DNA from: Lama guanicoe
Taxonomy: Eukaryota
Reading direction: 5' to 3'
Assembly: GCA_013239625.1 (NCBI GenBank)
Contig: MU054187.1
Span: 5,033,757 to 5,097,756, forward strand
Length of the DNA stretch: 64,000 nt
This document shows positions 35,301-49,268 of the stretch, piece by piece. Under the pieces are notes generated by a model. That model worked only from the letters and a program-made list of their open reading frames with translations. It made no database searches and was not told the DNA's origin. Positions within the stretch are counted from its first letter, which is position 1. The number at the start of each line of letters is the position of its first letter. A program made the translations under genes and the position numbers.

Positions 35301-38300
35301 TGCACTTGCTTGAATGAATCCTTACCAACAGGTAAAATATCATTTCGATTACTTTGTGCCATTTCAAAACCGAGGTGACTCACTCAGTAATGAGATAGAG
35401 TAAAAAGCAGTTGTTTTTAGTGGGTTTTTCCTGGGGCAGGGAGTCATTTTAATTTACTCGTCCCAGATGCCACATTTCATCTAGTTGGTATTCCCTCCGT
35501 TATCGGCCTGTTCTCCACTTACTCAATAAATATGGAAATCTATTCCTCGTCCAGTTTGAACACTGTAATTTTTATAGCAATTTTACTCTTTCTGACAAGC
35601 ATATTTCCACTCTCCTTTCAGTCCTGGAGCATGTGAAGAAGATGCACTCTTCCCTGAAAATGCTTTACATGCGTAAAACGTATTTTGGGGTTCAAATTTG
35701 CTACGCGTGTTGTTTAATTAGTCTTTACAACAAAGGCCTCACAAGGCTCTCCCGTGCTAGGAAGCTAAGCAGAGAATGAGCGTGGAGTGACTGGGGCAGA
35801 TGTGTCTGGGGCCAAGTCCAATTTCAAAGGTCTTCCCTCCCAGGGTCTCACTTTTGAGAAGTACCAGGCCCCCTCTCTGGAATCTTGAGGTCCCGGTCCT
35901 CCACACAGATCAAATTCTAATCATCGGCCTTTCCTTACATTCTTTCTGGGAAAAGGTGGGTTATAATGAAGATGTGAGAAAGAATCAACCAAGTAATTTA
36001 ATAATGAAGGAAAAAACAAATGCAGTCAAAGCCCCTCTCCTATAACCTTAACCCACTTCTTTGTGTCTCGAATACTAGACAGTCTCCTCTGTGTACCTTG
36101 ATGTTTTCAGAACTGAATTATACCAGTGAGCCCTGCCTGAGAAAAACATGATATGAAAACTGTTTATTTTTATAGGCAAATTATAGCTACATTTATCGCC
36201 AGGAGAAAACTATTCTTTGTTTATTTAATAAAAACAACAACAATGAACTAGTCCTACCAATGTCTTTTGAAAAGACCACGGTGCTTGCGTCCCGGGCGGT
36301 GAGGTGTCTGGTGTTAGCTGACGGGGTCGGCGGCCATGCGATGACCACAGTGCGGCCCCGTCTCAGCCTCCGCGGTGGAGACCTGCCCTGACGGCGCTCC
36401 TTCGGCCTCTTGTAAGTGTGGAGGCTAATTCCCTCCGCAAGTATTTTTAGAAATGCACCATGATGTGAAACACACATCTTCAAGCTAGCAATCAGAAGCA
36501 GGCTGACTGACCCCTCTGTCAGTAGACTCTGAAAGAGGCCTTATAAAACTTCTAAAACTACCAAGGTAAGACTACCTCCAAAGCAAAACGAGCCTAAAGG
36601 AGACACGGCCTCCCCCCAACATCCCCAGGGAGAAATATGAGGGTTGCGGGGGCCCAAGAAGAGAGGCTGGTATTCACAAGCAGATGTGATGAGAATTGTA
36701 ACAAGTGGAAGGCTGCTTTGAAAGCTGTGCTTGAGACGGGAGCGGCTTAGAGAGAAGACACCAGCAAGACTGAAACCAGGCTGGAGACCACTGGATTGAG
36801 ACATGAACCACCAGTTCAGGCTGAACAACCTCTGGACCCAATTTAAGCGCATTTGTCCCTGGGGACTAGGACTTTGATGAATCTTTTACCTCCAAAGACT
36901 TGACTAGGCCTCACGACTGCAGGGGCACAGATTCCCACCCCATCCCACTGGAACAACAGCTGTATCCATCAGCCTGCCAAGTGCTGAAGGACGTCAGGGT
37001 CAGCGAGCTAGTTATTCCTCTGTTCCACTTAAGTACTGTGTTTGCAGATCATTATTTGACAAGACTTTGAGTGTGTAGAGTATCTTAAAAATAAAGGTTC
37101 AGAGTCACGGCCAACCAATAAGCAAACTCATATTTTACTAGTAACGTCTTTTGACCCTGTATAAAGTATACATCTAAAATAGACATATTATTTATAATGG
37201 TATTATTAATTTAGAAATGGCTTATTCTCAGGCTATTAATATCATATAAATGCTCAGACCATGATATCAGAATACTATTTTGGTTACATTAATATCACAT
37301 AATCAATGGTAAATATGTATAAAATAATTTAATATGGGAGACGGGTTAGCCTCGGCTCAACAATAATATATAGGAAGATCTGAAAAATGTTTTAGTTATT
37401 AATCAGTAGCAGCCTAAAGGTGTACCTAATCTCCAAACAATACTTAGGAACATATAATCAAAATTCACTGCCTACAAAGATTCTGATAACTGAATAGTCA
37501 ATTAAGAAAGTTTTCCAATTTTGAATATCAAAGTCCAAAGGTGGAACTTGATCTCACACAGTAAGACAGTCTTGAGTGCAAAAAATTAGGTGAATTTCCT
37601 AAATCCTTCCAACAGAGTGCACTCCAAAATCGCCAGTTACTAATTCATTTTATTAATTCAGTTCAATCTGTCGCTTCCCAGAGCTACCAAATGTTTTCTT
37701 TGGCATCATGTTTATAATCAAAATGTTTGCTTTAAAATTAAAACATTTATTTTGATGACATGAGTTTCCAGGAGCAGCTGAGTCTTCCTAATAACTGAAA
37801 CTAAACTAAATTCAAATCATTATAGAGAATTTTGGAAACCCTCATTGGTAACCAGACCACCATAAAGAAAGAACAAAATGGTTTTACTTTAGAGATTAGA
37901 GACATGATTGAAAATAACTGCTTTAAAGACAAGTGGCCAGCTCATGAAAAATGAACCCAATGAAGTCCAAAAACAAAGGAAAGCTGAATTCTTTGGTCTT
38001 TGGAACTTCAGTACATAATTCCAGGAAAAGATAAGAAATTAAAGCCCTGTGACCAGAAAAAGTAAGTTAAGTGCCTGCAGGGTAGAGTAAGTCAAAAGAG
38101 AAAAGAAAAGAAACTAAGTGGTGAAGTCGACAGAAGTTTTCTGAAAACTGAAAAACGAGTCAAAAGGGTTGTCAAGACTTTTGTGGAAATACTGCAGACC
38201 CTGAAGGTGAAAGAAAAAATATGGAATCGTGGGGTCGATGACTACTGAGGACACATTTTCATATAAAGTATAAAATAAACACACTGAGGTTTGGTCACTT

Positions 38301-40812
38301 TGAGATAAGAAGGCTGGTACCGAGGACACATCTGAAGAAGTCGGACTCATGAGTCACCATGGCAGGACTGTACTGTGATGTGCATGGCATTGTGATGTAC
38401 ATTTTAGAGAGAGGCAGATGGGGAGAGATGGAGTCCAATCAACAATGTGACTCTGGGGACTTCTACAGAAGAATCAGATTTATTAACGCGAATGAGTTTC
38501 CATCATGTCATGAGTGGAAGAAGAGGTAGCCGAGTCATTCTGTGTGACCAGTGTAGAAACTTAAATGGTAGACGCAGGCGGGCTAGACCTTTACCATTTA
38601 AAAATTTAAAACTCAAAATAATGTAAAAGTATTTTTCTTTGTAGTTGTGCAAGCCCAGAAATCAAGACAGGAAGAGAAAGGAAATTAAGAATTAGTTTTA
38701 AAAATACACATCGATACATACATATACACACACAACTGGGTACCCTTTTAAAACATGTCATATCTTTACAGGAGAAAGGATTTGATCTAAAAAGATCTAC
38801 CATATACAGGGTAAAAGAGCTGGAAATCCTTTGGAGGAAATGAAAAGAATGAATGTGTATATTCACTTCATACAGATAATAGCTGAGGGGGTTATAAAAT
38901 AAAGCTAAATCAAATTGATTGGCAGCAAGGGAGAAGGGATATTAAAGAGAAAGTGATAAGAAAGGAAAACCACGTCTATGGTGATACACTCTAGGAATAA
39001 TACAGTAATTATAGTGAAGACACTATGGGAATACCCAGCACGTACAAAGGAGGTGCTAGAGGCTACATGAATATTATTTAAAGTTCATTGGAAAAAATGA
39101 GCTGCATGCTATAAAAACGCAATTAGATACTGTCCTGTCCACTGGAGTTACAGCTGAGCCAAAGTTTTTCATTATAAGTATTTTTTAGATCAACCCAGGA
39201 GGTAACAGAATTTTCTTGTTTAGACACACTCAGTTTGGCTGAAGAATCTCGATCCCACTAGTGGTCTGTATAATTAATTTGATTCAAATTATTTATTGTT
39301 GTTACTTAGTAGGTAACTTGCCCTAGATCAGCACTGCCTTGACTCTTAGTGCAGCTGGATACAGAAATCCAGAGTTGAAAATGTCTGCATTTGACCTTTG
39401 TGTCATATTACATCAGTAATCAGAAACACACACACCCATTCTAAAGAGATCACAACTCTGCTGTGAAGAAAATTTTCTTTTTGTCACGTATCACTACTGT
39501 CACAGTAAAAATTCAGGACACTCAGAAAAGCCCTGAAATATTTCAAGAAATCAAATTCAAACCAGGCAATTCAATTACGAAATTCAAAAGTGCTTTCTTA
39601 TCTCATTTGGGTGTGTCTTTCTATCTTCCCACTAATCTAAACTAGAAAGATAATATGGACTCATAATAGAATCAGGACAGTGAGCGCAGCGCAGTGGGTA
39701 GTCGTTGTTGTCTGCCCCGGCAGCACTCTCTGTCAGCCTCCAAGCAGAAGGGAGTCAGTCCAGTCGGCTAAACATCTGCTCGAACTAAGATCACCCTTTA
39801 TCTGCCTCAACTTATTCCCCTCCCCTGTGACATACAGGACTTTTCCAGGTTCCCGGTGTTTAGATTGTTCCAAGGGCACAGCCTTTCAGATGTAAACCAT
39901 GATGCTCATGCATCAGAGGGACAGCGGGAGTCACCTGACAACTGTTTCTGTCCTTCCCCTTCTAATTCTACACACACAGCTTTCTTGGCTGACGTCATCC
40001 TAAATATTTGTGGTTCAATCCCCCACAATTCTACGTCACACGTATCTCCCAATCACTCCCTAAAAACCTGCACTCAGAAACAAGCAAACATCTAATGAGG
40101 GGAAAAGTGACATGATCAATCACCGGTTTTGACGGGACGTGAATTGACAGGGCTGAACGAAACTGAGAACACAGTACTTCATGCCTGACTCACTTATGTG
40201 AGCACACAAGATACAAGTAAGTTGCAATCGTAAGTTTTACTAATGGACTTGAGTCTGAAGATAAAAATAAGGAACTATAGAGAACCATTAGTAGAACAAA
40301 ACAAAAAAGATTAAAAAGTGCTATTCTTTTGAGTAACTTTGGTCTGCTTTTTTTTGATATTTTTATCATATTCAATTAATAAGAAATAGCTTTTTAAGAT
40401 CCATCAGATGAGAAATGATATTTTTTGCATTATTAGTTGCAAACATACAAAGACATGCTCAAATCTAATCAAAATAAACCAGGAAAAATAACAGATAAAA
40501 TACTCAAAATAGAATTATTATGTCTCATGAATAAGCTGGCAATGGTAGCTCTTCCTTTGTCAATGAAAACATCTCTCTGTGGTCAAGGAGCACCTTGACA
40601 AGGGTGCGATTTTAAACACTGAAATACTTTATTTAAAAACAGAAGCCCATAATAAAATGAAACTCTAGTATTTCAAAATATCTTCTAGCCATTTAATACA
40701 TGTATCATATATTACCTGGTGAATGGAAATTACAGTGCTTTTCTTTTGTTTCACAAGGAAGAAAGACAGTAAATGGGCAATAAGATAAATATTATGAAAC
40801 AGTCTTTCTTAC

Positions 40813-40924
40813 CAGAAATAAATCAGTCGTTAATTTTAAGCAGTTTTGTGGCAGAATGAACGCACTGCGAGCTCAGGTCAACTAAAGCCGTTTCTTGATG
40901 TTCTTAAATTGTTGGAAATGGTGA
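40813..40924 (-). other. Candidate alternative non-coding exon (112 nt)
   Basis: Minus strand: polypyrimidine tract tccctttttattcacttgag|TCACC and donor TTTCTG|gtaaga; non-repeat sequence; GAG acceptor is uncommon. Confidence 0.3.
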
Positions 40925-42569
40925 CTCAAGTGAATAAAAAGGGACACACAGGCATCTCTACATGCTGACAGGGAGAGTTCTGTCTCCTTACATTTAAACT
41001 TGTGTTTCGTTGTGTTTCCAGATTTTTAACTTGAGAGGCTTCTGAGCTAATTACATGTTGATAAAACTGAACTTTGGTTCCTCTTCCAAAAATAAATGGC
41101 TCTGAGTAAACAAAAATCAAACCAACCTTCCTAATATTTCTATATATTTACACTTTTTCATGAAAATAGTGACACTTGTAGTTATTAGGTTACAGAAAAT
41201 TATTCTATTACTTCAATTAAAAAAAAGTAACAACTTGCATTGTTATTATTTTTGGTGCCTTTTTTTCCTCTTTGATAATTATACAATTTTAAGTTATATT
41301 CACCGAAATGTTTTCGTTCACAGATCTAACTGAAGGGGATTCTGCTCCTGTGACTTGTCCGCTGTGAAGTCCTCTGTGCGCTGCTGGGCTCTGCTCTCAC
41401 CTGAGCCCAGCCTATTTCCCAGGATCTATCAGCAGCGGGATTTTAATGAGTGACGCATGGAAGAGGGTGCTCAGTCTTTATGGAAGTTGAAAATTCATGA
41501 CAATTATGGAAAAGTACAACAACAGAGAAAGGCAGAAAAGAGTAAAAAAAGAAGGAATAAAATGTGCGGGTTCCAATGTTAAATGATTGAAACAGTTTCT
41601 ATTTAAATGCAAATTTGACTTTTTAAAAGATGGGACTACCAGTAACTGCACCCTAAATGGTAAAATGAAAATCAATTTGAAATATGGGATGAATAAAGCA
41701 TACGTGGACTTTCTGGGAATAATTTTTTATTATGAAAACTCTGATGCATTTTCCTTTGCTCAATCCATCTTAGACTTTGGACAGCTATGCCTGGGATGAA
41801 AGGCAAACATTTTACAATTTGTTTAAGCATAAACCTGGTCAGCTCACTAAAACCTTCCTTGTTCATTCACGTCAGATTTCACAAAATAATGATCGATAGT
41901 ATGATGTATGTAAAATACAAGGCCAAAAATAAAAGTTCAACTACAGCATCATAATGACCAATAGTCGCTATGTGTTTTTCCTAATGTTGGGGAAATCACT
42001 TTTAAAAAATGGAAATCACTACATTCTATTGATTCAAGAACAGAATCTTCAGACATAAGTCAGCAGAGCTGACACTTTCAAATACATAAAATGTGACATC
42101 TGCTCTTACAAATGCACTACACAGGCTGTAAATCATCAAAGAGAAAAACAGTTCAATGTCATTTCAGCCACTGGAAGCCATGGTTTACAACTGAGAGATA
42201 AAAATAGTCATACCGTCTCTATGACATCTAAACCACTTTTCTATTGCAGTAGCCCATGTTCTAATTTATCTTTGTGGTTGAATAACACACAATCAATTGT
42301 AAGCAACTAGTATAGTTTGATTCCAGTCAACCACAATTTTCTATAGCTTTATCTTTTCCCCCCACTGAGGTGACTTTTAGTAATATCCATCCACAACACA
42401 CCATCTCGATTTTGATGGTTGCTTAAGCATGCCAAGCTTTTAGTCATCACTCTTGGGACTAATATATGACACTAACCCATACACAAAACTTACATTTTAA
42501 ATAGATATTAGCATTTGTATGCATTATAATACTTAAAGACCTATATTCCACTGGAAAAAAAGTTTTTAG

Positions 42570-42812
42570 TAGACTTGAAATAAGACCCGAGGAAGCACAG
42601 CCTTTGTGTAAGATTCCTGTTTCCACTAGTTATTAGCCACAAAAATCCAGGCGAATTATTTAACCTCTGTGGGAATCAGGTAACTCATCTGAAAAAATGG
42701 GATAAAAATCATCAACATTCAGGGGCAGTAATTAAAGATTAAGTGAGGCAACATAAATACAGTGCTTGAAGTGGATTCTACATAAAATAGTAAATGGTGA
42801 CTATCATTATTA
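42570..42812 (+). mobile_element. MIR SINE
   Basis: ttatttaacctctgtgggaatcaggtaactcatctgaaaaaatgggataa...aagattaagtgagg. Confidence 0.7.
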
Positions 42813-45800
42813 ATGTTGGGTTTTTAAAAATTATTATCGTTGTTGGTATAATAAAATAGAACACTTTCTTTGTGGCTGTAGTAAACAGCACTGTTTGTTC
42901 ACTTAGTCCAGCGCTGAAAGGAAGCCAGTGAAATGACCTACACCTGAGATATGCATGATTATATTTTGATTTTATTTTGCAAATTCTGCCAATATTTAAA
43001 TATTTTCAGAAACTTATTTCGTGTAATCTTAACATGAAAATATCATAAGCGTTTTTTTAAAATTCTACAATAAAAATAAAAATAATTACAGCAAATATTA
43101 AGATCCCAGTAACATGTGTTTAAATGTATTAAACAGAGCTAAAAGGAAGGCAGTATTTTCTGTAAATCAGTGACAACTGCTGGTAAATGAGATCTGATAC
43201 ACATTGGTAGGGATTTGATCACATTTTTGCATTTGTTAACTAATAACATCTCATAACTTGGAAAAGTAAAAATGATCACAATAAATTGTAACTACTGAAT
43301 GCAGCAGAATTCACTTCATAGACAGCCGTCAATCACCTCACTTCTAGGATCTTTTTTTTTTTTTTAATGAGCATGAAACAATGAGGAAAGACTTGCTAAT
43401 AATCAAGTTGGTTTCTGGAATGACAGAGACGTGCTCATGGACAGCATTCCTGGCACTGAAACACAGCGTCTCTCGTTTCTCCCCCAGGCACCGCGGTGAG
43501 CCCGAAGCCTGCTGACCACCAGCCCCTCGGCCCACGCCGGAGGAGCTGCCCTGGGTGGATTTGCAGCCATTTGTTTAACAGTTTGGACACATGTTTCTTC
43601 TCAAATCTTTCTGTTAGAACAGCACACCCAGGGTCTGTACTTCTGAGACCATTATTCTAGGCACAGCCTTTGGCCGCCCTCTGAGCCTCAGTTTGCCCAA
43701 TGGGCACACAGTTACTGTCTAAAGTGCACCAGGCCACACGCTCTTGCTTACAAGAGACGAGCCGCATGGATTCCAGATGGACGTTCGAGTAAGCCCGGCG
43801 ACGCGTTTCACTTTCGTTAGAAAACAAACGTTTCTCTGGACATTCGTGTTTTAGATTCACGGTGTCTGTGCTGCTGTCCTTTAGTGAAAGAGGAGGTCTT
43901 ACACGTAACTCCTAAGCCTCCGGTCTTCGCACATGTACGCGGGAACTTACACTGTGAGACTCCTGACAAGGAACGGAAGAGTTTCGGAAAGCCTGGGTGC
44001 TCTTCCCTAACTCACTAAGTCCTATCACTGGCTTTTAAAGTAATCCTGTGCCCTGACGGATTTTCTTCTTTTGGAAAAGGGGCTGCCGTGCTATCATGAT
44101 GGACGTTTTCCTTGGGGGGTGGGTGGGTTGTAACTGAGTATATGTATTAGACTGGAGTCCTGCAACCCCGTCCCCATTGTCAAGGACTGCTAGACTGCAA
44201 TCTTATAAAGAACAGGTGTCATTTCTTTTCTATACTTTACATTTCTCCCTCAGGGCCTACTGTGTATTTCACCCTCTGATAACATTCATTAAACACTGAT
44301 GAAATGACTACAGTACCAGCAACCTTTCTTAAATAATAATATCTAACTTTGGCCTTGGATGCAACCTCAGCCCTTAATTCTTGAGACAGTAACTTTAAAT
44401 AGATCATTGTAATAAGTTAACTGAAATATAGAATAAATGAGATCTTTTTGTGCACAGACCTCCAGACCAAAAAGTAAGTCTTGGCGAACAGAAAAGTCCA
44501 TGTCAGGGCAGGCATTTTACTTGTGTTTCTACTGCTTAAGGTGCAAGGCCGCCAGGGAACCCCCTCCCCAGCTCCAGAGAGCAGAGACGGCTCTCCTCGC
44601 TTAACGTCCACTAGCAATAACTGAGCACAGGCCCGAGCAGAACGCACACTTGCCAACGGACTGACTCATGCTGGGACTGGGCAGCGGGATCCTGGGCTAC
44701 AGCAGTTCAGAGGGGCTACAAGCCCCTCAGCCTGGCAGCCGGTGCCTGGCGGTCCCACCCTGGCCGGCCCCCTGCGTCCTCACAGCGCTCCCGAAACAAG
44801 CCGCTACTTGTCCCGTGCTCTCAGAGCGGCCAGCACCATCACTGCTCCGCAGAAAGTATGGAGTTGTCACCATTCTTTTTCAGTTATGCAACCCTTTTTA
44901 TTATACTCTGTCATTTGACACAGTTCAGTGAAATTCTTCTTTCTTGAGAAGTCAATTTTACCTACTGGTTCTGTGCCTAAAATAGGTAGAAAAGAGGAGC
45001 AACACTTATAAACAGTAAAGCGTGAACTTTTCCGCAGAAGACAACACGCGCACATTTCACACAGCGCATGGGAGCTGTGAACTAGTTCCTAGAGTTTAGA
45101 GCCGTCCATCTCGAGGTGGGAACTAAGCACCTGAATTCTGAGAAAACAGGGCTCTGAAACGTTCGGGCGGGGACAGAAATCAATGAGCCACATTTGAGTA
45201 ATGATATCTGATTCACGTAACCTGTTCACAATCAAACCACAATTTCGAGAGAAAGAAAATACATTACTGAATAAACCACAGAGCCTCCCCCAATTCTTTC
45301 TGGAAACTGTGGGCATTAAGTAGGTAATAAGTACTGAGGTCACAGGACGGGTAATAAGTAAGTCAGTAAGTAAATAAAGCAGTGCTGGCACTTCTGAGCA
45401 AACTTGACTAGTCATTCTGCCCACGAAGCTGCATCACATGCTGACGTTACTCAAATATTTTCTAAAGATATTAAACCACAAGGGTAACAACAACGCTGAC
45501 GTATGGCATGATCGACTTTTGGGAAGTTTGTCTGAGAAGCTGGAGGGTTATCAGCTATGACACTGATAACCTAATTGAGGAAAATATTTCTTAAGAAGGA
45601 AGGCCCTAGTTACTTTTAAATATAGCATGACCATTTTTCCATGCACTCATCTTTTACCTGCTTCACTTCCACCAAATTCAAACTTGAACCCATTGTTTGG
45701 ACTTTCAAAACAGAGAAAATATACTACAAATTTTTTTTTCATTTTTATAGATTAAAATTATTTCTTTTTATGCTTACCAGTTTCTTTTGTCAACTGAAAA

Positions 45801-46467
45801 CAGCCTGGATGGGAGTGATTTCCATTTTTCTCAGGTCAGTCGGTAAAAGACTGGTTAAACTATCTGGGTACTTGTTTGAATGAGGGGACTATGTTATATT
45901 CAGATTTACAAGTCATCTTAATTACCCACATTCTGAGGTGAATTTGGTAGTGGAATGAAATATCTTAAAGGAATTGTACAGGTTTAAATTGCTTGTGTGA
46001 CAAGATTCTCAATGGATAAGTGGATAAATGAGAAACAGTGGGAGATCCATTGACTGTATCTAGCTTCTAACAGAAGGGAAAAAAAATCACTCAAACTCTG
46101 TCCCATCAGAGGGGTGGACAGGTGGCTCATGTGTTCCTATCTGCCAGGCCTGCCCTGAGTCAGGAGGGACAGCGGTCCATGTGGCAGGCCACAACTAGAT
46201 GGCCGGCCGCCCCTTCATCTGAAGGTGGGTCCCTCCATATCAGACACAGTTCCCCCGGCCAAGGGTTACTGCTCCAGAAATCACAGGAGGCTAAAGGAAC
46301 AGTCAGTCGTAAGTCCTGCAGAGTTCTGCGGGAACGACACATCCCGAGAGAAGTCTCTCAGTGTGGGGACCCCCGCAATGGCAGCAAAACTCCTTATGGT
46401 GGTGGTCTTGGGACAATTTCCCCTGGAAAACTCATTGGCCGATCACGCTCTCAGGCTCTAAAGGCGG

Positions 46468-46860
46468 CCTGGAGACTGTCATTCTAAGTGAAATAAGCCA
46501 GAAAGAGAAAGAAAAATACCATATGAGATCACTCATATGTGGAATCTAAAAAAATAAGACAAACGAACTTATTAACAAAACAGAAACAGATTCACAGACA
46601 TAGAAAACAAACTTATGGTTACCAAGGCTGGGAAGAGGGTGGGAAGGCATAAATTCGGAGTTCGAGATTTGCAGATACTAACTAATATATATAAAATAAA
46701 CAACAAGTTCATACTGTAGAGCACAGGGAACTATATTCAATACCTTGTAATAGCCTATAATGAAAAAGAATATGAAAAGGAATATATATGTATAAATGAA
46801 TCACTATGCTGTACACCAGAAACTGACACAACATTGTAAACTGACTATAGTTCAATAAAA
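46468..46860 (+). mobile_element. Younger (artiodactyl-type) L1: ORF2 extreme C-terminus plus 3' UTR
   Basis: Encodes LETVILSEISQKEKEKYHMRSLICGI* (L1 ORF2 end), then aaacagattcacagacatagaaaacaaacttatggttacc...gcacagggaactatattcaa...ttcaataaaa. Confidence 0.92.
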
Positions 46861-47084
46861 TATATACATATACCAAGAGGGAAATAAAATATTAAAGGTG
46901 GCCTTGAATGTGGCCATTGGTGAGTTTGTTTCTGAACAAAATTTGGCACATGACAAATACTCGGTTAACCTGGATTAAAGCTACGAACAATGCTTTTAGT
47001 AAGGGAGCATCAAGGGAAGAGTTGGGTAGGAAGATTGCAGGAGATACTTCACTTCAGTGCCCTTTTTTTTGGCTTACATTTTTA

Positions 47085-47320
47085 GTTTTTCTTCCTTCCT
47101 TCTTTCCCTCCATTCTTTCCTTTCTCCTCTCTTTCCTTCCCTCCTTCATTTATTCATGAATTCTCTCCTTCCTTCCTTTTTTCTTTCTTAATGAGAACAA
47201 ATCTCCTGGGAGCACCCCTTCTCATCTTCCATCTTGAATTCTCTTGGTTCTTTTATCTCCTCTTTTCTTTCCACTCCCTTTCTCTCTAACACATTCTACC
47301 TTTTCTCTTTCTTTCCTTCT
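47085..47320. repeat. (CCTT/TTTC)n pyrimidine-rich low-complexity tract
   Basis: cttccttccttctttccctcccattctttcctttctcctctctttccttccc. Confidence 0.7.
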
Positions 47321-47684
47321 CCAGGAGGTAGTGGATCCCTTTCTTTTCCAATGCAAGTTCTAGTCTCTGTTTCAAATAAAAAGTGAGCAACTCCCAGCCT
47401 GGCACCTTCTGCTGCCATTGACTCTCACCTGCAGCACTGCGCCGGCGAAGGGAGATGTGAAATAGGCAAGGAATATGCAAATGAAATATGTATTTAAAAA
47501 TCTGACCAGCTGTCAGTAATGTGTAATACAGATTTGGAATAAACGTAGAAGGAGATTGGGATGTCTCCTTCAGAGTTTTTGTTTGATTTGGAAGATTAAA
47601 GGACTATAGAGTTTCTATCAGAATTATACTCTTGGCTTTAAAAAACGATCTTCAAAGTTTATGTTTAAGATATAGCAGAATTTA

Positions 47685-47940
47685 TGAGCAATGGCTCTAG
47701 CGTTTGGTCTGGATTCACTTCTAGTTCTTCCACTTAAGTAGTTATAAAATCTTGGGCAAGTTACTTAAAATCTAGAAGGCTGAGTTTTCTTATGCATAAA
47801 ATGAGGATACAAAGAGTACTTAATGAAAGATTATTGCAAATATTAAATGACACAGTGCAAATAAAATGCTAAGTTGCCTTACACTCAAAAAGCAGGCCGT
47901 AAATATGTTAGCAATTATTATGACCATTATTATTACTCTA
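47685..47940 (+). mobile_element. MIR SINE
   Basis: tcttgggcaagttacttaaaa...tgagttttcttatgcataaaatgagga...tattaaatga...aaatatgttagcaattatt. Confidence 0.8.
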
Positions 47941-49224
47941 TTTCAGAAAGACCTGCAGGGAAGAATTTAAATATTGCAAAAGATAGCTAAAGTGTGTTAG
48001 GTGGGAAGCTGCTGAGAAGATACTAAAATACTGCATATAATTTTGAAGAGGCCAACTTGAAGAAGCCAACTAAACTTGAAATGTAATGTTTGCAAAGGTT
48101 TTACTTACAGTTACCTCTTCACCTGCCCTAATCAGGCTGGATTCCACCACAGTGCAATGAGTTTTGCTGGGACTGACCCCAGTTGTATCACCTGATAGCT
48201 GTGTGAGATCATGAAAGCCATTTAACCTTTCTGAATCGCAGTGCTCACAGCCCTCTTCAACAAAATTGGGCTAATCACGCCTACCACACAGAGTCACTGT
48301 GAAGAGCAACTGTAATAACACATGTGACATATGATGGGCCAGGTGCTACCAGCCCCATCCACTGCACGAAGGGACAGAAGGACAGTTCTCCTATAGTCAC
48401 AATCCCTATGGAAAACAAACAGGAGTTAAATGTAAGGACCTGCAGGATTTCTGACAAAGGATCTCTGCACACCTCGTCTCTACTTGTCCCTTCTACTGGC
48501 CTCCCAGATAAAGTCCAGGTTGCGGGACGTGTGTGCATTTTCATAGCTGAATCACAATCACAACAGTTGTGATAGTGAGAAAGGGTGTTTCTCATCGTTG
48601 CTCTCCAAAACGAAATACTGCCAGCGTCTCTGGGAAAAGAAGTCTGCCTGGATAAAGGAAGAATGCATGGAAACACCATGAAGCTAATTTCAGATACACT
48701 GTATTTTAGATCCCCTTTCATGGAACATGTCAGGATTGACAATTACACGTAATTTATCTAAAGACCATAAAGATACAGGTGGTCACTGGACATTATTTAA
48801 CAAAAGCCAGGATGACAAAGAGACCAAGGATTAGCCTGCCACCAATGAGATTTCAATCCATCAAAAACTCTTTCTCTCGGAGGAAAATCCTATTTATTTC
48901 TATTCTGTCTTCTCAGCACAACGAGCAGCTTTTCTGTGTAGAAGAGTCCCACCCCCACGAACGCCTGCTGAGAACAGCCTGGCTTGTGCTTGTCCTGCGG
49001 AGGCTCCAAGCTTTCTGGACAGGGCAGGCTGGGTTGGCACACTCAGCAAATCCTGTTTCAAGTGTCCTGAAATCTTCTTTCTAGTATCTTTATTTGTTCA
49101 TCGCATCTTTCTTTCAAACTTGGTTAATTTTGATCTGCAGGGTACGTAGCCCTGTCTGGAATTTTGATCAAGGTATTTTGTCTCCCCCATCTCTTCCTAT
49201 CAGTTTCTTAATTGATAAGATGAA

Positions 49225-49268
49225 ATAATAATAGTAGTAGTAGTAGTAATAATAATAATAATAATAAT
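49225..49268. repeat. Compound (TAG)n(TAA)n microsatellite
   Basis: taataatagtagtagtagtagtaataataataataataataat. Confidence 0.9.

Noticed and set aside
48281..48742. 153-aa minus-strand ORF
   Set aside because: No splice context or domain similarity; length is compatible with chance in 64 kb
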